DNA of 64,000 nt from Octopus vulgaris (Eukaryota). The DNA lies in the NCBI GenBank assembly GCA_951406725.2, contig OX597837.1:5642001-5706000 (forward strand), given 5' to 3'. The translations under genes were made by a program, and so were the position numbers. Each line of letters opens with the position of its first letter. Within the stretch, counting starts at the first letter, position 1. Under the pieces are notes generated by a model. The model did no database searches and was not told the DNA's origin. It was given only the letters and a program-made list of their open reading frames with translations. Of the stretch, positions 1 through 14,329 are shown piece after piece.

Positions 1-505
1 GAGTTCAGCGTTTTGAAGTGGGCTCAATGATCTTTCTGCGAAACACGAATAGTCCTTTTCTTGACCCGAATACTCACTTGTGACGAAAAGTGGATCTTTT
101 ATGATAACCGTAAATGATCAGGTCAATGGATTGGTCGTGATGAGTTCCCCAACACTTTCCCAAAGCCAAAGTTGCATCAGTAAATAATTATGGTGATTGT
201 CTGGTGGTCTGCAATTGGTGTTGTCCATTACAGCTTTCTGGAAGCTAATCAGAGTATTACAGTGAAGGTTTACTGCAATCAATTCGCTGAAATCCATGCT
301 CACTTTCAAAAATATGAGAATTGGTGAATCGGCGTGGCCCAATTCTGCTCCACGATAATGCAAAGCCACATATTGCAAGGATGACGCTGCAGAAACTCAC
401 AGACTTGGGATACGAGACTTTACCACATCCTCCATATTCTCCTGATCTTTCACCCACTGAATACCATATTTTAAAGCATTTAAACACGTTTTAAGTGATA
501 AAATT
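1..505 (+). mobile_element. Decayed mariner (Tc1/mariner, DD34D-type) transposase fragment, catalytic region
   Basis: Manual translation gives ILTCDEKWIFYDNRK*, MVIVWWSAIGVVHY, LLHDNAKPH and LPHPPYSPDLSPTEY, the three mariner catalytic motifs, with stops and frameshifts. Interrupted at 510 by a SINE. Confidence 0.9.
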
Positions 506-509
506 TTCA

Positions 510-912
510 GGCGCAGGAGTGGTTGTGTGGTAAGTAGCTTGTTTACCAGCCACATGGTTCCGGGTTCAGTGCCACTGCGTGGAACCTTGGGCAAGTGTCT
601 TCTACTATAGCCTCGGGACGACCAAAGCCTTGTGAGTGGATTTGGTAGACGGAAACTGAAAGAAGCCCGTCATATATATGTATATATATATATATATGTG
701 TGCGTGTATGTTTGTGTGTCTGTGTTAGTCCCCCTAGCATTGCTACACAATCGATGCTGGTGTGTTTATGTCCCCGTCACTTAGCGGTTCGGCAAAAGGG
801 ACCGAAAGAATAAGTACTGGGCTTACAAAGAATAAGTCCTGGGGTCAAGTTGCTCGATTAAAGGCGGTGCTCCAGCATGGCCGCAGTCAAATGACTGAAA
901 CAAGTAAAAAGA
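510..912 (+). mobile_element. tRNA-derived SINE family A, full length
   Basis: Head ggcgcaggagtggttgtgtggtaag...gggttcagtgcc (A/B-box-like), CORE-like ccttgggcaagtgtctt, internal (TA)n/(TG)n, tail ggcggtgctccagcatggccgcagtcaaatgactgaaac. More than 10 copies in the window. Confidence 0.9.
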
Positions 913-934
913 GAAAAATAGAGAGAGAGAGGTC

Positions 935-1199
935 CAAACCAGAGGTGGAATCAGTCCTAATAATGCTTCTAAGAAATTTAGATCCTCTTAAATTATGCGA
1001 TGGGACAAGGTTGATTGTGAAGACATTACCACCTAATGCGACAGAAGCTACCATCATCACTGGATGTGCCTCTGGGGGAAGAGGCTTTCATTCCAAGCAT
1101 TCTAATCAAACCAACAAACACGCCATTTGAGTCCAAACGAACACAATTGCCAGTGTGACTTTCCTCTGCAATGTCTATAAAGCCCAAGGTCAGTCTTTC
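935..1199 (+). mobile_element. Helitron PIF1-like helicase fragment (pseudogenised)
   Basis: IMLLRNLDPLKLCDGTRLIVKTL..EATIITGC, then frameshifted FIPSILIKPTNTPFESKRTQLPV*LSSAMSI. Matches the Helitron RepHel helicase C-terminal motifs (MLLRNL..LCNGTRL, F.R.QFPV..AM.INK.QGQ). Confidence 0.85.
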
Positions 1200-1269
1200 A
1201 GGAAGAAATTTTGTTGCAAAAGTCCAGGGCATCAGCACAAGGGCAATGCGTCAGCCCACAATTCAATCC

Positions 1270-1580
1270 AGGCAATCAACTAATTGATAGAAATAGGCAT
1301 CAGAGCTATCCCTGATCCTCCTTACAGCACAGACCTTGCTCCATTTTATTTTGGTTATTCCCCGAAGCTGAGGAAGAAATTGAAGGAATCTGTGGTAAGT
1401 GTCCTGTAAACCTTCAATCTGGAGGACCACCATGAAGCCTTCACGAAGTGTCTGGAACACTAGATCAAGGGTATTGAAGCCAGATTATCCAACTTTGAAG
1501 GAGATAAGAAATTTGTACTTATTTGATATTAATTAATGGTCCTCATTAAAATATCTCAAAATATCTGAAACGCACTTTTA
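1270..1580 (+). mobile_element. Degenerate mariner transposase 3' fragment
   Basis: IPDPPYSTDLAPF resembles the mariner HPPYSPDLAP motif; heavily decayed. Confidence 0.55.
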
Positions 1581-1590
1581 ATAGACACTA

Positions 1591-2101
1591 TTGTGACCTC
1601 CTTCGGTCATGAATGACCATAGAATTGCACCTAGAAAGTTACCCTCCGAGGTACAAATCTGGGCAAGGTTGTTTATGGAAGATCAGCAGTCGCCCACGCA
1701 TACCAGCCTCCCCTCTCCACGCCACCGATGTTATATAAGGGAAAGGCAAAGGCCGATACAGCTCGGCACCATTGGCGTCGCAGCTTATTTATTAACGTGC
1801 AAGTGGCTGAGCACTCCACAGACACGTGTACCCTTAACGTAGTTCTCGAGGAGATTCAGCGTGACACACTGTGACAAATCTGGCCCTTTGAAATACAGGT
1901 ACAACAGAAACAGGAAGAAAGAATGAGAGAAAGTTGTGGTGAAAGAGTACAGCAGGGATCTCCACTACCCCCTGCCGGAACCTCGTGGAGCTTTAGGTGT
2001 TCTCATTCAATAAACACTCACAATGTTCGGTCTGGGAATCGAAACCGCGATCCTACGACCGCGAGTCCGCTGCCCTAACCACTGGGCCATTGTACCTCCA
2101 C
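1591..2101 (-). mobile_element. Composite tRNA-headed SINE family C with 11-bp TSD
   Basis: Minus-strand head ggaggtacaatggcccagtggttagggc...ggtttcgattcc. Flanked by direct repeat aatagacacta at 1580-1590 and 2102-2112. Confidence 0.85.
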
Positions 2102-2238
2102 AATAGACACTACACACTTAATTACTGACTGGTTACCTATTAATCTAAAGCTCTCAAATAAAATTCTTACTGCAGGGCCTACACTTGTCTATTCAGGAAG
2201 ACTTTATGACTACGGCCTGAACATAAACTTGGACTGTC

Positions 2239-2410
2239 TAGAAACACTTATGATGAATTTGGGAATTTATGTGTCTTTTCGCACTAAAACAGTCTATAAT
2301 GTAATTAGGTGACAGGAGACTATCTAGAAATATTTATGATGAATTTGGGAATTTGTATATTTTTTTTACACAAAATAAAAACGTCTCTTTTAATTAGGTG
2401 ACAGGAGACA
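2239..2410. repeat. Imperfect two-copy tandem duplication (about 86 bp)
   Basis: tagaaa..ttatgatgaatttgggaattt...taattaggtgacaggagac occurs twice in succession. Confidence 0.8.
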
Positions 2411-3098
2411 AAACAGTATATCCCTTGATGAATAATTAATTAATTTGTTAATTTCTGTTGAATCGTTTTGATAGTTCTTGATTTACGCTATTCTAACAAT
2501 TAGCAAATTTACGCTCACACACATACACACATCACGCACACGCACACGCACGCACAAGCACACGCGCACATACAGACAAACACACACACACACACACACA
2601 CACACAGAGACACACACACACACAGACATACACCTATACACGATTTCATGTACATACAGAAGTTGCGGCTCTTTACGTTTTGAGCAGAAAGGCTGCCGAG
2701 GTTGACATTCATCGTTTCGGTGTTTATAAAATGTCATCAATTTGCCCCTCCCCTCAAAATTGTTTGTCCTTCTCTCAAAACTTTAAGTCCTCATGTGTAC
2801 ATGCATACATACATGTATGTGTGTGTATGTGTGTGAGTGTGTCGTTTGTATGTTCGTATATAAATATGTGGAAATATGTATATACAGGTATACGACTCTT
2901 TCTATTGTATACATGTGTAGAAATATGTATATACATGCATATACGTCCAGTCTTTTGAATATCCGAGTAAGAAAAGAAAGATGGTCACGTGCGGAAAAGG
3001 ACACTCACACACATACATACAAACAAACAAACAAACATGCATACATACACACACACACACAACGAACACAGAAACATATATGTTAATATATATATATA

Positions 3099-3500
3099 GG
3101 CGCAGGAGTGGCTGTGTGGTAAGTAGCTTGTTTACCAACCACATGGTTCCGGGTTCAGTCCCACTGCGTGGAACCTTGGGCAAGTGTCTTCTACTATAGC
3201 CTCGGGCCGACCAATGCCTTGTGAGTGGATTTGGCAGACGGAAACTGAAAGAAGCCCGTCGTATATATGTATATATATATGCGTGTGTGTGTTGGTGAGT
3301 CTGTTTTTGTCCCCTTAGCATTGCTTGACAACCGATGCTGGTGTGTTTATGTCCCCGTTACTTAGCGGTTCGGCAAAAGAGACCGATAGAATAAGTACTG
3401 GGCTTACAAAAGAACAATTCCGGGGTCGAGTTGCTCGATTAAAGGTGGTGCTCCAGCATGGCCGCAGTCAAATGACTGAAACAAATAAAAGAGTAAAAGA
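3099..3500 (+). mobile_element. SINE family A, full length
   Basis: Near-identical to 510-912; followed by (TA)n(GA)n. Confidence 0.9.
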
Positions 3501-3527
3501 GAGAGTATATATATATATATATATATC

Positions 3528-3573
<46 letters not shown>

Positions 3574-4516
3574 ACGAGAAGCGTGAGAAGACGGAAAGAG
3601 AGAGTGAAATTTAATAACGACGGCTACTCAATTGTATATATGCATGTATTCGTGTATGAATTCTATGAATGCGGCATAAAAGTACAAATACTTTCGGTTA
3701 TGCAATGTGAATGCAATACCAATGACTGTTGCTTTTGTTAAGCACTTCATACAGAAACTGTTGCTATTCTCTCCGACTCTGCATTCATTTAGTATTGGGA
3801 GGTCATTATATGACAACCAAATATCTAACTTGATTAAAGATTTCCACTTACCTTGCAGGGATAACTGCAATATAACGTTTGGTGAGCCATTAATTACAGC
3901 CTATCAATCACAATACAACAGTCTCTTCTCCAAACCAACATATCGCTCTACATTAAGTTTAGATTTAAATACGAACCGCCATTTGTTTCCGTTCCTCAAC
4001 TCAATTTGTAAATTTAATTGCCAAATCGACCTGGTTGCTGGTGTCCGTTTCTGTGATTACCACTTTAATTACTAACACAATAACGCTTGTCTAATATCTA
4101 GCCTTCTGCCCACTGAAGATGGCTACATGTGCGTCCAAAATCTAATTAAGCCTTTATACAGTTTTCGTAGTTCAGTCACGGTGATATGAATTCTTCTGAG
4201 TCAAATTAAACGCTTCGCAACTAAATATTGATTTCGAATTTTGGTACAAGGCCAGCAATTTCGGTGAAGACATAAATCGATTTGATTGGCCTCAGCGTTC
4301 AAATCGTAATTATCTTATCGACTCCAAGAATATATATAAGGACGCAGCTGTGCATCGATAGCCAGGTGAAAAAAATATATTCTTGGGGCAAAAAAAGGGT
4401 AGTAATACCGTCCTAATCCGGGCAGCCACTTTACGCTGTCAGATAGACTTTACTCTGGCGTACTGTTACTCCTTATTTCTCGCTCAGAGATCTAAAACTA
4501 ACCGTTTTTCTCTTTA

Positions 4517-4522
4517 TATCTA

Positions 4523-4570
<48 letters not shown>

Positions 4571-4574
4571 GATA

Positions 4575-4635
<61 letters not shown>

Positions 4636-4643
4636 TATTTATA

Positions 4644-4681
<38 letters not shown>

Positions 4682-4835
4682 TATTTATATATATGTATAT
4701 ATATATATATATATTTATGAATATATATTATATGTGTGTGTGTACGTGTATATATATATATATGTATATATATGTATATATATATATTTATTTATTTATC
4801 TATATGTGTGTGTGTGTGTGTGCGTATGTATATAT
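4517..4835. repeat. Compound (TATC)n/(TA)n/(TG)n microsatellite
   Basis: Directly visible. Confidence 0.95.
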
Positions 4836-5115
4836 GATGGTTTCAAATGTCAATTCTCCCTTCTCTTCACATCCGTTGTTTCTTTCCCTCATCATCTCCC
4901 TTTTCCCTCTTCTCCTCTGCCTGTCCCCCTTCTTCACTGCTACCACGTGACTACAGGCCATTTCTCTTATATCTAACTTTATTCAAGATTCATTTGTCTT
5001 GCTCGTTTACGTTCTGGTGTTTGCTAAATTTTCTTGAGAACATTTCTTAGTGGTAAAACCATAGCGGATATACTTCTAGCGTAAGGGTTGTCCACATAAT
5101 GGTCATACCTCTCGT

Positions 5116-5203
<88 letters not shown>

Positions 5204-5834
5204 CCCCTTTATATTCTAGAGACTATCATACTCGGTAACTGTAAAGATTCCATTCCATGATTACACAGAATTGTTTAATGCATAGAAATGCTCAGTGTCT
5301 GGTGTGTACGCAGAAGAATGAAGAATTAGACAGATAAAGAGATTCAGAGATTGGTATATAGATTGATGGATAAAAAGAAAGAGAACGGCTGAGCGAGAGA
5401 GCGAGAGAGCGAGAGAGAGAGAGAGCAGGAGAGAAGGTTACTGAGTTTTAAATAATTTATGTTGTTGCATGTAACAATGGAATATTCGTTGTCAATTATC
5501 GAAGATACAATTGGTGACAACTAATAAATAAGCAAATAAATAAACAAATAAAAAAAAAACTCATTAGTTGTATAATAAGGTACATAATTAATTCATTAAG
5601 CATTAATTAGTAATAATCCATCTCTATAGAATTAGTGAAACGCTCCATTTATATATCTGACCAATATAATCTTTCGCTGTTGGTAAAGAGAATTATTGAT
5701 TGAACAGTGCAACATAGAATTAAATAGCCACGTATATATATATGCATGTATGTATGTATGTGTCGATGTATATTTGTGTGTATGCATTTAAGTATGTATA
5801 TGTATATATGTTGATATGTATGTATGTTTGTGTG

Positions 5835-5952
<118 letters not shown>

Positions 5953-6554
5953 TATATATATTTAACGTCCATGCTTTTCTGTTTTAGACATGTGTTATTG
6001 CATACACGACTGTGTGCTGGAATTAATTATTCATTTATTGTCAATAATTTATCACATATTCTTCTGAGTTCCTCGCAGGTTGTTTGCGACAGTAAAGTTC
6101 CCAAATTCTTCATCAATATTTCCAAGGTTTCATCTTCTGTACTTGAGAATAGAGCAACGTAAAGGTGTGTATGTATATATGAGTGTGTATGTATATATAT
6201 ATGTATATATGTATATATTCATATATGCATGTATGTATATAAACATACATATATATGCATGTATACACACGCACATACTTATACACATATATGTTATTAT
6301 ATTACGGGATGGTCATTCTTTTTTGCCAAATAAACACATGCACTGTATATACGTTCTTCATTTTTTTTATTTCTATTTTAATTTTGACTTATGTTCCTTG
6401 CCTGGAAATCTTCCGTCACTCATCTGTGACATCTCCAGAAACACTTTCCTTCTTTGCGCATCCTCCGGCTCTCCTTAGTCCACACATATAGATATGCATA
6501 TTAAAAAAACACATGAATATATATATATGTGTATGAACAGCTGAAATTTATAGA

Positions 6555-6700
6555 AAAATGAAAGACAGGTAGCTGTTTGAACAACAAGCAAGCGTGTTAG
6601 TTTGACGTTAGGGAAAATGAAAAAGTCTTTTACGTTTCGAGCCTACGCTCTTCAACAGAAACGAATAAGAGAAAATAATCAAAGAGAGAGAGAATACAAA
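6555..6700 (-). mobile_element. Short hammerhead-motif element, family E (Penelope-like terminal repeat or non-autonomous copy)
   Basis: Minus strand tttCTGTTGAagagcgtaggctcGAAAcgTAaaagac at 6627-6661; same element as at 24.3, 47.9, 49.0 and 58.0 kb. Confidence 0.65.
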
Positions 6701-6708
6701 AAAACTTG

Positions 6709-6905
6709 TATGAGGTACTGAAAAGTTCCTGGCTTGAAGGGTATCATGAAAGGCCTGGTTGGAGGCATAAACTTCTGAATTCTTTTACAAGGCTTTGAAA
6801 GGCTGAAGGTCCGCTGCAATAAGTGTGTGAATCTGAGAGGGGAACATGTTGAATAGAATCATAATTAAATGGTCCTCCTCTATCTTCTTTTACCCAAAGC
6901 TGTAC
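6709..6905 (+). mobile_element. Mariner-derived MITE-like element
   Basis: TIR-like ctgaaaagttcctggctt and remnant KCVNLRGEHVE* (mariner C-terminus). Homologous copies at 62560-62731 and 63156-63358. Confidence 0.7.
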
Positions 6906-8104
6906 ACGTTTCAACACGCTGACTGTGTGTATATAAAGATTTATATATGGATAGTAGTTGACCCTGTGGACGTGAATGTCTGTACGTAAATCTGTACGTA
7001 AATGCATACCCCTTCGTAATGCACTGAATTTTTAGTGCTTCGTACTTATCTCCCGTGACTTATTCACATTCCTGATAATACAACAACTTCTCATTAACAT
7101 CCAGTACGAGTGTATTATGTGATATTAAATTATTACAAGCTCGTACAACAGCCAGAACCAAAAAGATGGAGTTAATTAATGTTGATGAATGTACTCACTC
7201 ACATTAATGATAAAGATTTTGTTTTTATACATGCTGAATAATGTCCTACGGATATTAATTCGGATTTGGATGTTTAGATATTTCCTTTTACCTTACATCT
7301 AAGCAAATTACTCTCACATATAAATAATTATCGTTTCATTAATCCTGTACTTGCTATGAAATTTATATATAAAATCAAATTATTTAACTACAAGAATCAA
7401 TTATCACGTTCCCCATCCTACCCACACCATTATTGGGACATTAAAACTAACTAATTCTCTGCTATAATTTGTTTACTAGCTTTCCAAAATTAACCTTACG
7501 ACTTGCACTTCAGTGACACAACAAAGTCTGTAATATAACATGTAGCAGTTCACTATCTTCTGTTCGACATTAATCAGACGCAATTGTTAATCTCTACCTG
7601 CAGCATTAAAATTTTATCTGTTTTCTTTCGAACTCAAACTCTACTGATCTCCCACAGCATTGCAATTAATCAAATTTTTTTCCATTCCTCTCTTACTTTT
7701 TCAGCTTCCATTGTCATTTTTTTTCTCCAGCGCCAATTCTTAGGCATAGATATTTATACATATATGTGTGCATTATACATCCATGCATCCATACAAACAT
7801 AGATACGTACGTACATACATACTTACATACATACAAATATAGATACGCACATATATACATATATACATAAACATAAACATATATAAATACATGTATTTAT
7901 ATGCATATTCTTATATATCTATTTATAAATGTATGTAGTAGAAATACATATTAATATATATATATATATATACATGTACATATACAGATACATATACACA
8001 TATACATACATACATACTTATATACATAGAGATATCCATACATACATACATACATACATACATACATACATACATACATACATGCATGCACACACACACA
8101 TACT

Positions 8105-8143
<39 letters not shown>

Positions 8144-9360
8144 AATAGATGATGGGTAACAATTGGATTTGCATCAGTTATCATATATCAATAAGTTACA
8201 AAAAGACTGCATCCCATCCAACAGCTGTTTCTGCTGCCAATGTCCTTTGTAATTATCATTATAATGCTATGAGAATATTTATCGTAGTTGGTAATAAAAC
8301 CGATTTGAATCATGGAGTTTCAGCAGAGTAGAAAATAAATAAATAAAAAGAGACAAGAACAGAAGAATGAAAGGTTTAATTTGGTGGGAGTCATGGCATG
8401 TTGAGAGTAGAGCGATTGGACGATAAGTAAATGACCAAAATATAAAATAAAAGTGGTATTTGGTCGGATATTCCAATGCACGCCGCTGCGGACCTAGGGT
8501 AGAAAAATAATAGTTATTTACGCAAATAGAATAGGTCAAAGGAGGAGTAAAAGTACGATAAAGTGTTAGTAACCATAAGTATGTTTATGCATTTATCATA
8601 ATAAATTATTTATCGATTTAATATAATTTTTCACTTACTACAAGTAGGGATTTAAGCCAATCCAACTATTGTTCAGAGTAGGTAGATCAGGGGCCACCGA
8701 TAGATAAAATTGGTCAGTTAGTATTTAAGAACATTATTCTCCGGGGTAAAATAAATGAATGATATATGCTATAAGGGCCCCGAAGCCGTTTAAGTCAATA
8801 TAAAAATAACGATATAAAATATAAAAATATAATATCAAATTAAATAAGACTAACAAAATAATGATAAAAATTAGAAAATTTTCTAGTTGTACATTTAGGA
8901 ATGTTTTGGTTAAGGGGAAAAAGGGGCCTAAAACCATGTAAGTCAATAAAATATAAAGAAATATAAAAATATATAAGTAACAAGAAAATTTTCCAGTTCG
9001 ACATTTAAAAGTTTTGATGGTTAAGGGGAGATAATAAATGGATTAACAAATGGTCTGATAGGTATACCAAGTTGGAAATTTATGCAGCCACCAAACAATC
9101 CCTTAATTAATCAGTCAGTCCACCAAATCAGTGAACAAACTAATTAATGAACCAATTTATCGACTAAGCAATTAATTAATCAGTCAGCTAGCCGATAAGA
9201 TAAAGAAGTTGCAATATATAGATCCATATTTGATAAATTAATAAACTATATTTTGATCATTTAAATTTTTGTCGTTTACTTATAATCCAACGGCTCTACA
9301 CACAACATGACATGACTCGCATCATACTCAACCTTTCCTTCTTCTTTTCTCGTCTCTTTT

Positions 9361-9768
9361 TTTTCTTTTTTACTTGTTTCAGTCATTTTGACTGCGGCCA
9401 TGCTGGAGCACCGCTTTTAAACGAGCAACTCGACCCCGGGACTTATTTTTTGTAAGCCCAGTACTTATTCTATCGGGCTCTTTTTGCCGAACAGCTAAGT
9501 GACGGGGACATAAACACACCAGAATCGGTTGTCAAGCAATGCTAGGGGGGCCAAACACAGACACACAAACATACACACACACACATATATATGTATACAT
9601 ATATACGACGGGCTTCTTTCAGTTTCCGTCTACCAAATCCACTCAAAAGGCTTTGGTCGTCCCGAGGCTATAGTAGAAGTCACTTGCCCAAGGTTCCACG
9701 CAGTGGGACTGAACCCGGAACCATGTGGTTGGTAAACAAGCTACTTACCACACAGCCACTCCTGCGCC
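9361..9768 (-). mobile_element. SINE family A, full length
   Basis: Reverse complement of 3099-3500. Confidence 0.9.
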
Positions 9769-10365
9769 TTCTTTTTATTTATTTATTTTCCACTCTGATA
9801 ATAATAATGAAAGAGTAGGTTTGATTTTATTTAGAGAATGACCCTTCCAAAGTACAATATCGGTTGTTCCATCGCAGAAATTCTCATCAATAATCTTCCA
9901 AGCAGAAATGGGAAGAATATGCTTCACACACACACACACACACACACATCGAAACACGTATACCCACCACCATCACCACCAATACCACCACCTCTCAGAC
10001 ACTCACATACACACGCGCACACACACATATTGGTAATTCCAAAACGAAGGTGTGTGTGCGTGTGCATGCATGCGAGAATGTGTAAATGTGTGTGCGTGGG
10101 AATAGGGGCTAGTGACTTTGACGTGTGAATATGTGTGCGTCTGCAATGTGTAGGTGTGTAGATGATGGTGTGTGGGTGAGCGGATGATGGCCTCTGGCGT
10201 GGATGCTGGGAAGTGGTCAGTGCAAATGTATGTGGAGTGGTGTGTGGTGGTATTGTGTTGAGTCGTGTCGCTGTGAGGGTGTGAGGGCGTGGGGTGGAGA
10301 TATGAGGGTGGAGTGCGGGGGTAACAAGAAAGAGAAAAGTTTGGTAGGAATGAAGAGAGAAAGTA

Positions 10366-10445
10366 GGTGTCAGATGAGGAGAGGAGGGGAGGGGAGTCAG
10401 ATGCAGAAAGAAGAGGAGGGGAGTCAGATGCAGAGAGGAGGGAAG
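10366..10445. repeat. About 27-bp purine-rich tandem repeat, 3 copies
   Basis: gtcagatg(ag/ca)ga..g.aggggagggga repeated three times. Confidence 0.75.
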
Positions 10446-10556
10446 TTGATCCTCTAGCGCAAAGGAGCGAAAGGTTGAAGATTGAATCTTGTTCGCGGCG
10501 AAGGCAGGAGTCCGGATGTCTACTGTGCAAAGACAATACGAACACAGACACGGCCA
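10440..10556 (-). mobile_element. Penelope-like element GIY-YIG endonuclease C-terminal remnant
   Basis: Minus frame AVSVFVLSLHSRHPDSCLRREQDSIFNL.. resembles the PLE C-terminus R..REQ.LIF.L.T..P.GLN; C-rich tail downstream. Confidence 0.55.
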
Positions 10557-10741
10557 GAAAGAATATAAGAAAGTTAGTTTGGCAGTGTTGAAAATATACC
10601 TGAATCTTAAACCTGTTGAAGGTTTCATATTTTGCAAAATATAACAAAATATCAGTTGTTTCTTTTGTTTTTCACTGTTAAATAGAAATAGTTCAGGAGA
10701 TTTTGATGGCACAAGTATGTATGTAAACACACACTCACACA

Positions 10742-10822
<81 letters not shown>

Positions 10823-11017
10823 CATTTTGAGTTATTGATGATATATTAGAGATCAATGATTTTTGATAAATGATAAGCAATTTGATGGACTTCATCACTG
10901 AAATCAGCTATACTGTTTTAACGATAGATCGATAGATTGATAGATCGATACATGCTAGACACAGGGTTTTACGTTTAATGGCTGTTTTATACACCATTTT
11001 GACAGACTTTAGGAAAT

Positions 11018-11056
<39 letters not shown>

Positions 11057-11327
11057 GTATAGACGTCTGTATGTGTAACTGTCTGTCTGCCTGTATATGT
11101 ATATGTATGTTTATGTGTGTGTATTGTATGTATGTATTCATCTACGTGTGTGTACGTGTGTATCTGTGTACGCTTATTTATCTGTGTGCATATGTAGCTA
11201 TATATGCATGTTTTTATGTGTACATATGTAAGTATCTATGTATGTTCATGCTTGCATGTATTTGATTTTGTATGTGCTTATTTGTGTATGTAAGTACGTA
11301 AATTTGTTTCTATTGCTTGCTGTCTTA

Positions 11328-11442
<115 letters not shown>

Positions 11443-11826
11443 AATATATATATATGTGTGTGTGTTTGTGAATATACGTAACTTTCTATACACACACACA
11501 TATACACACATGCACTCAAAACACACACACACACACATACACATACACACATATATATGCACACATATCTACATAGCACCTATTTAGCTCTCAAAGAAAC
11601 GTAAAACGTGGTAAGTGTAATGTATATAAAATTTGATGTCTACATCATTTGAACTGCTATATATATATGCTTGTTTGTGTGTGTGCATGTGTTTGTATAT
11701 AAATATATATATGCCTTTATATATCATATATATAAATTGATATATATATATGACATATATATATGTATATATGTATATACATATATTTATATATATGTAT
11801 ACATAGATATATACATGCATATATAC

Positions 11827-11895
<69 letters not shown>

Positions 11896-12222
11896 ATATT
11901 CGTGTAACTTTCTAACTAGGAAATTCAATACGAGATATCTTGAAATAGTGTCCAATGTTACGCATTGCTCACTCCTTCCCTCGCCCCCCCCCCACTCCTT
12001 CCCTCTCTTCCTCCTTTCTTCCTCTTCTTCTAATCCCCCTCCTCCTTCTTCTTCGTATTCTTCTTTTTTCTTCTTCTTCTTCGTTATCATCTTCTCTCTT
12101 CCGAGTTAGCAGCGCTTGAGAAGAATGAATCAATACTCATATATGTGTTTATGGTTACTTGTATGTATCTGTGTTTGTATATACTAACATATATATGAAC
12201 ATCATATCTATATATATATTTG

Positions 12223-12322
<100 letters not shown>

Positions 12323-12405
12323 TACACACACATATATTATACATATCATAGTGCAATCATCTTTTGTGCTTGACTGAAACGTACGTAAGTGTGTGTCTAT
12401 GTGTG

Positions 12406-12453
<48 letters not shown>

Positions 12454-12479
12454 GATGGATGAAAAGGAACACATGAGTT

Positions 12480-12620
12480 GATATATATGGAAAAAAGTCA
12501 AGATAGAAAATGCTAGAATAATTTTATAAAAACATTTGAATACCGGTTTCAGTCATTGAGACTTTTTCAACAGTAACAATTAAACAATTAAATTTAGAAA
12601 AAATTAGAAAAATTAAAAGA
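12480..12620 (-). mobile_element. Short AT-rich element family F with hammerhead-like motif
   Basis: Reverse complement of 48220-48360; minus strand CTGTTGAaaaAGTCtcaatGACTGAAAccggTA. Confidence 0.55.
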
Positions 12621-12955
12621 ACCATACCCCACTCCAGATGACAATATAGCAAAACCGGTCAAAGAGACAAAAATCAACATGAAAACAGAACTCCAACACA
12701 TATTAAACAATAAATCAGAGAAACAGTACTCCTTGGTCAATACTCTGAATGCTAGAGAGAGAAGTGAGCTTAAGTAAAAGCCAACAATGGTTGAAAAACT
12801 TTGAACTAAAAGTTGAAACGGAAGGATTGATACTCGCTGCAAAACCCAATGCCTGACCAAGAAATAATGAAAAGGGGCCCTAACATCCACGTGAAGAATG
12901 TGCAACCAGCACAGTGAGACACTTGACCACATCATCTCTGGTTGTCCAATCCTGA
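12620..12955 (+). mobile_element. Decayed R4/Dong-like RLE retrotransposon fragment (zinc-knuckle region)
   Basis: SQQWLKNFELKVETEGLILAA and *RMCNQHSETLDHIISGCPIL align with the 35549-36328 ORF. Confidence 0.8.
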
Positions 12956-13135
12956 AATTTTCGCCTGAAATATTGGGGGAGGGGTCCAATTGATTACATC
13001 GACACAAATTTTTTCATTGGCACTTAATTTATCGATCCCGAAAGGATGAAACGCTAAGTAGAATTCGGCAGAATTTGAACTCAGAATGTAAAGAAGAACG
13101 AAATACTCTTAAGCATTTTATTCGGCGTGCTAACG
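12950..13135 (-). mobile_element. SINE family B, degenerate
   Basis: atcgatcccgaaaggatgaa...ggcagaatttgaactcagaa...cggcgtgctaacga matches 29390-29620. Confidence 0.75.
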
Positions 13136-13174
13136 ATAATAATAATAATAATAATAATAGTAATAATAATGATG

Positions 13175-13241
<67 letters not shown>

Positions 13242-13260
13242 TAATAACAATAACAATAAT
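13136..13260. repeat. (AAT)n microsatellite
   Basis: Directly visible. Confidence 0.95.
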
Positions 13261-13565
13261 ACTCTTTTACTCTTTTACTTGTTTCAGTCATTTGACTGCG
13301 GCCATGCTGGAGCACCGCCTTTATTCGAGCAAATCCACCCCAGGACTTATTCTTTGTAAGCCTAGTACTTTCTCTATTGGTCTCTTTTGCCGAACCGTTA
13401 ATTACGGGGACGTAAGCACACCAGCATCGGTTGTCAAGCGATGTTGGGGAGGAAAACACAGACACACAAACACACACACACACATACATATATATATGTA
13501 TTTTTTTTTTCTTTTGTACTTGTTTCAGTCATTTTGACTGCGGCCATGCTGGAGCACCGCCTTTA
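13261..13565 (-). mobile_element. Two SINE A 3' fragments
   Basis: Tail cttgtttcagtcatttgactgcggccatgctggagcaccgcc occurs twice. Confidence 0.85.
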
Positions 13566-13566
13566 G

Positions 13567-14050
<484 letters not shown>

Positions 14051-14329
14051 TATTTGAGCTGGTGGTGCTCAAGAAATCACATGTTGAAAGAACAGAAGTT
14101 GAGAGGTTGTCGAAACATGGTTTTTAAAAGCAAGAGAGTTTCAAAAAAGGAATGCGTGTGTGTGTGTGTGCAAGGATGACAAGTGTGTTTGTGCGTGTGT
14201 GTGTGTGTATGTGTGTATTTTTGGTGAATAATAAGCAATGACAAAGTCAGCTGTCATAAGGCACTCCTTTATGACTACTAGCTGTTTGTATCAAGCCAGG
14301 TCAACGCCAGGTAAAAAAACAAAGGGCTA

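Noticed and set aside
884-905. SINE A tail cagtcaaatgactgaaac as a hammerhead stem II plus GAAAC
   Set aside because: There is no CUGANGA upstream; it is better explained as the LINE-derived 3' stem-loop.
762-1130. 122-aa ORF as a helicase gene
   Set aside because: It is a chance fusion of a SINE A frame with a frameshifted Helitron fragment.
3707-4075. 122-aa ORF in unique sequence
   Set aside because: No recognisable domain, a non-ATG start and no supporting gene structure.
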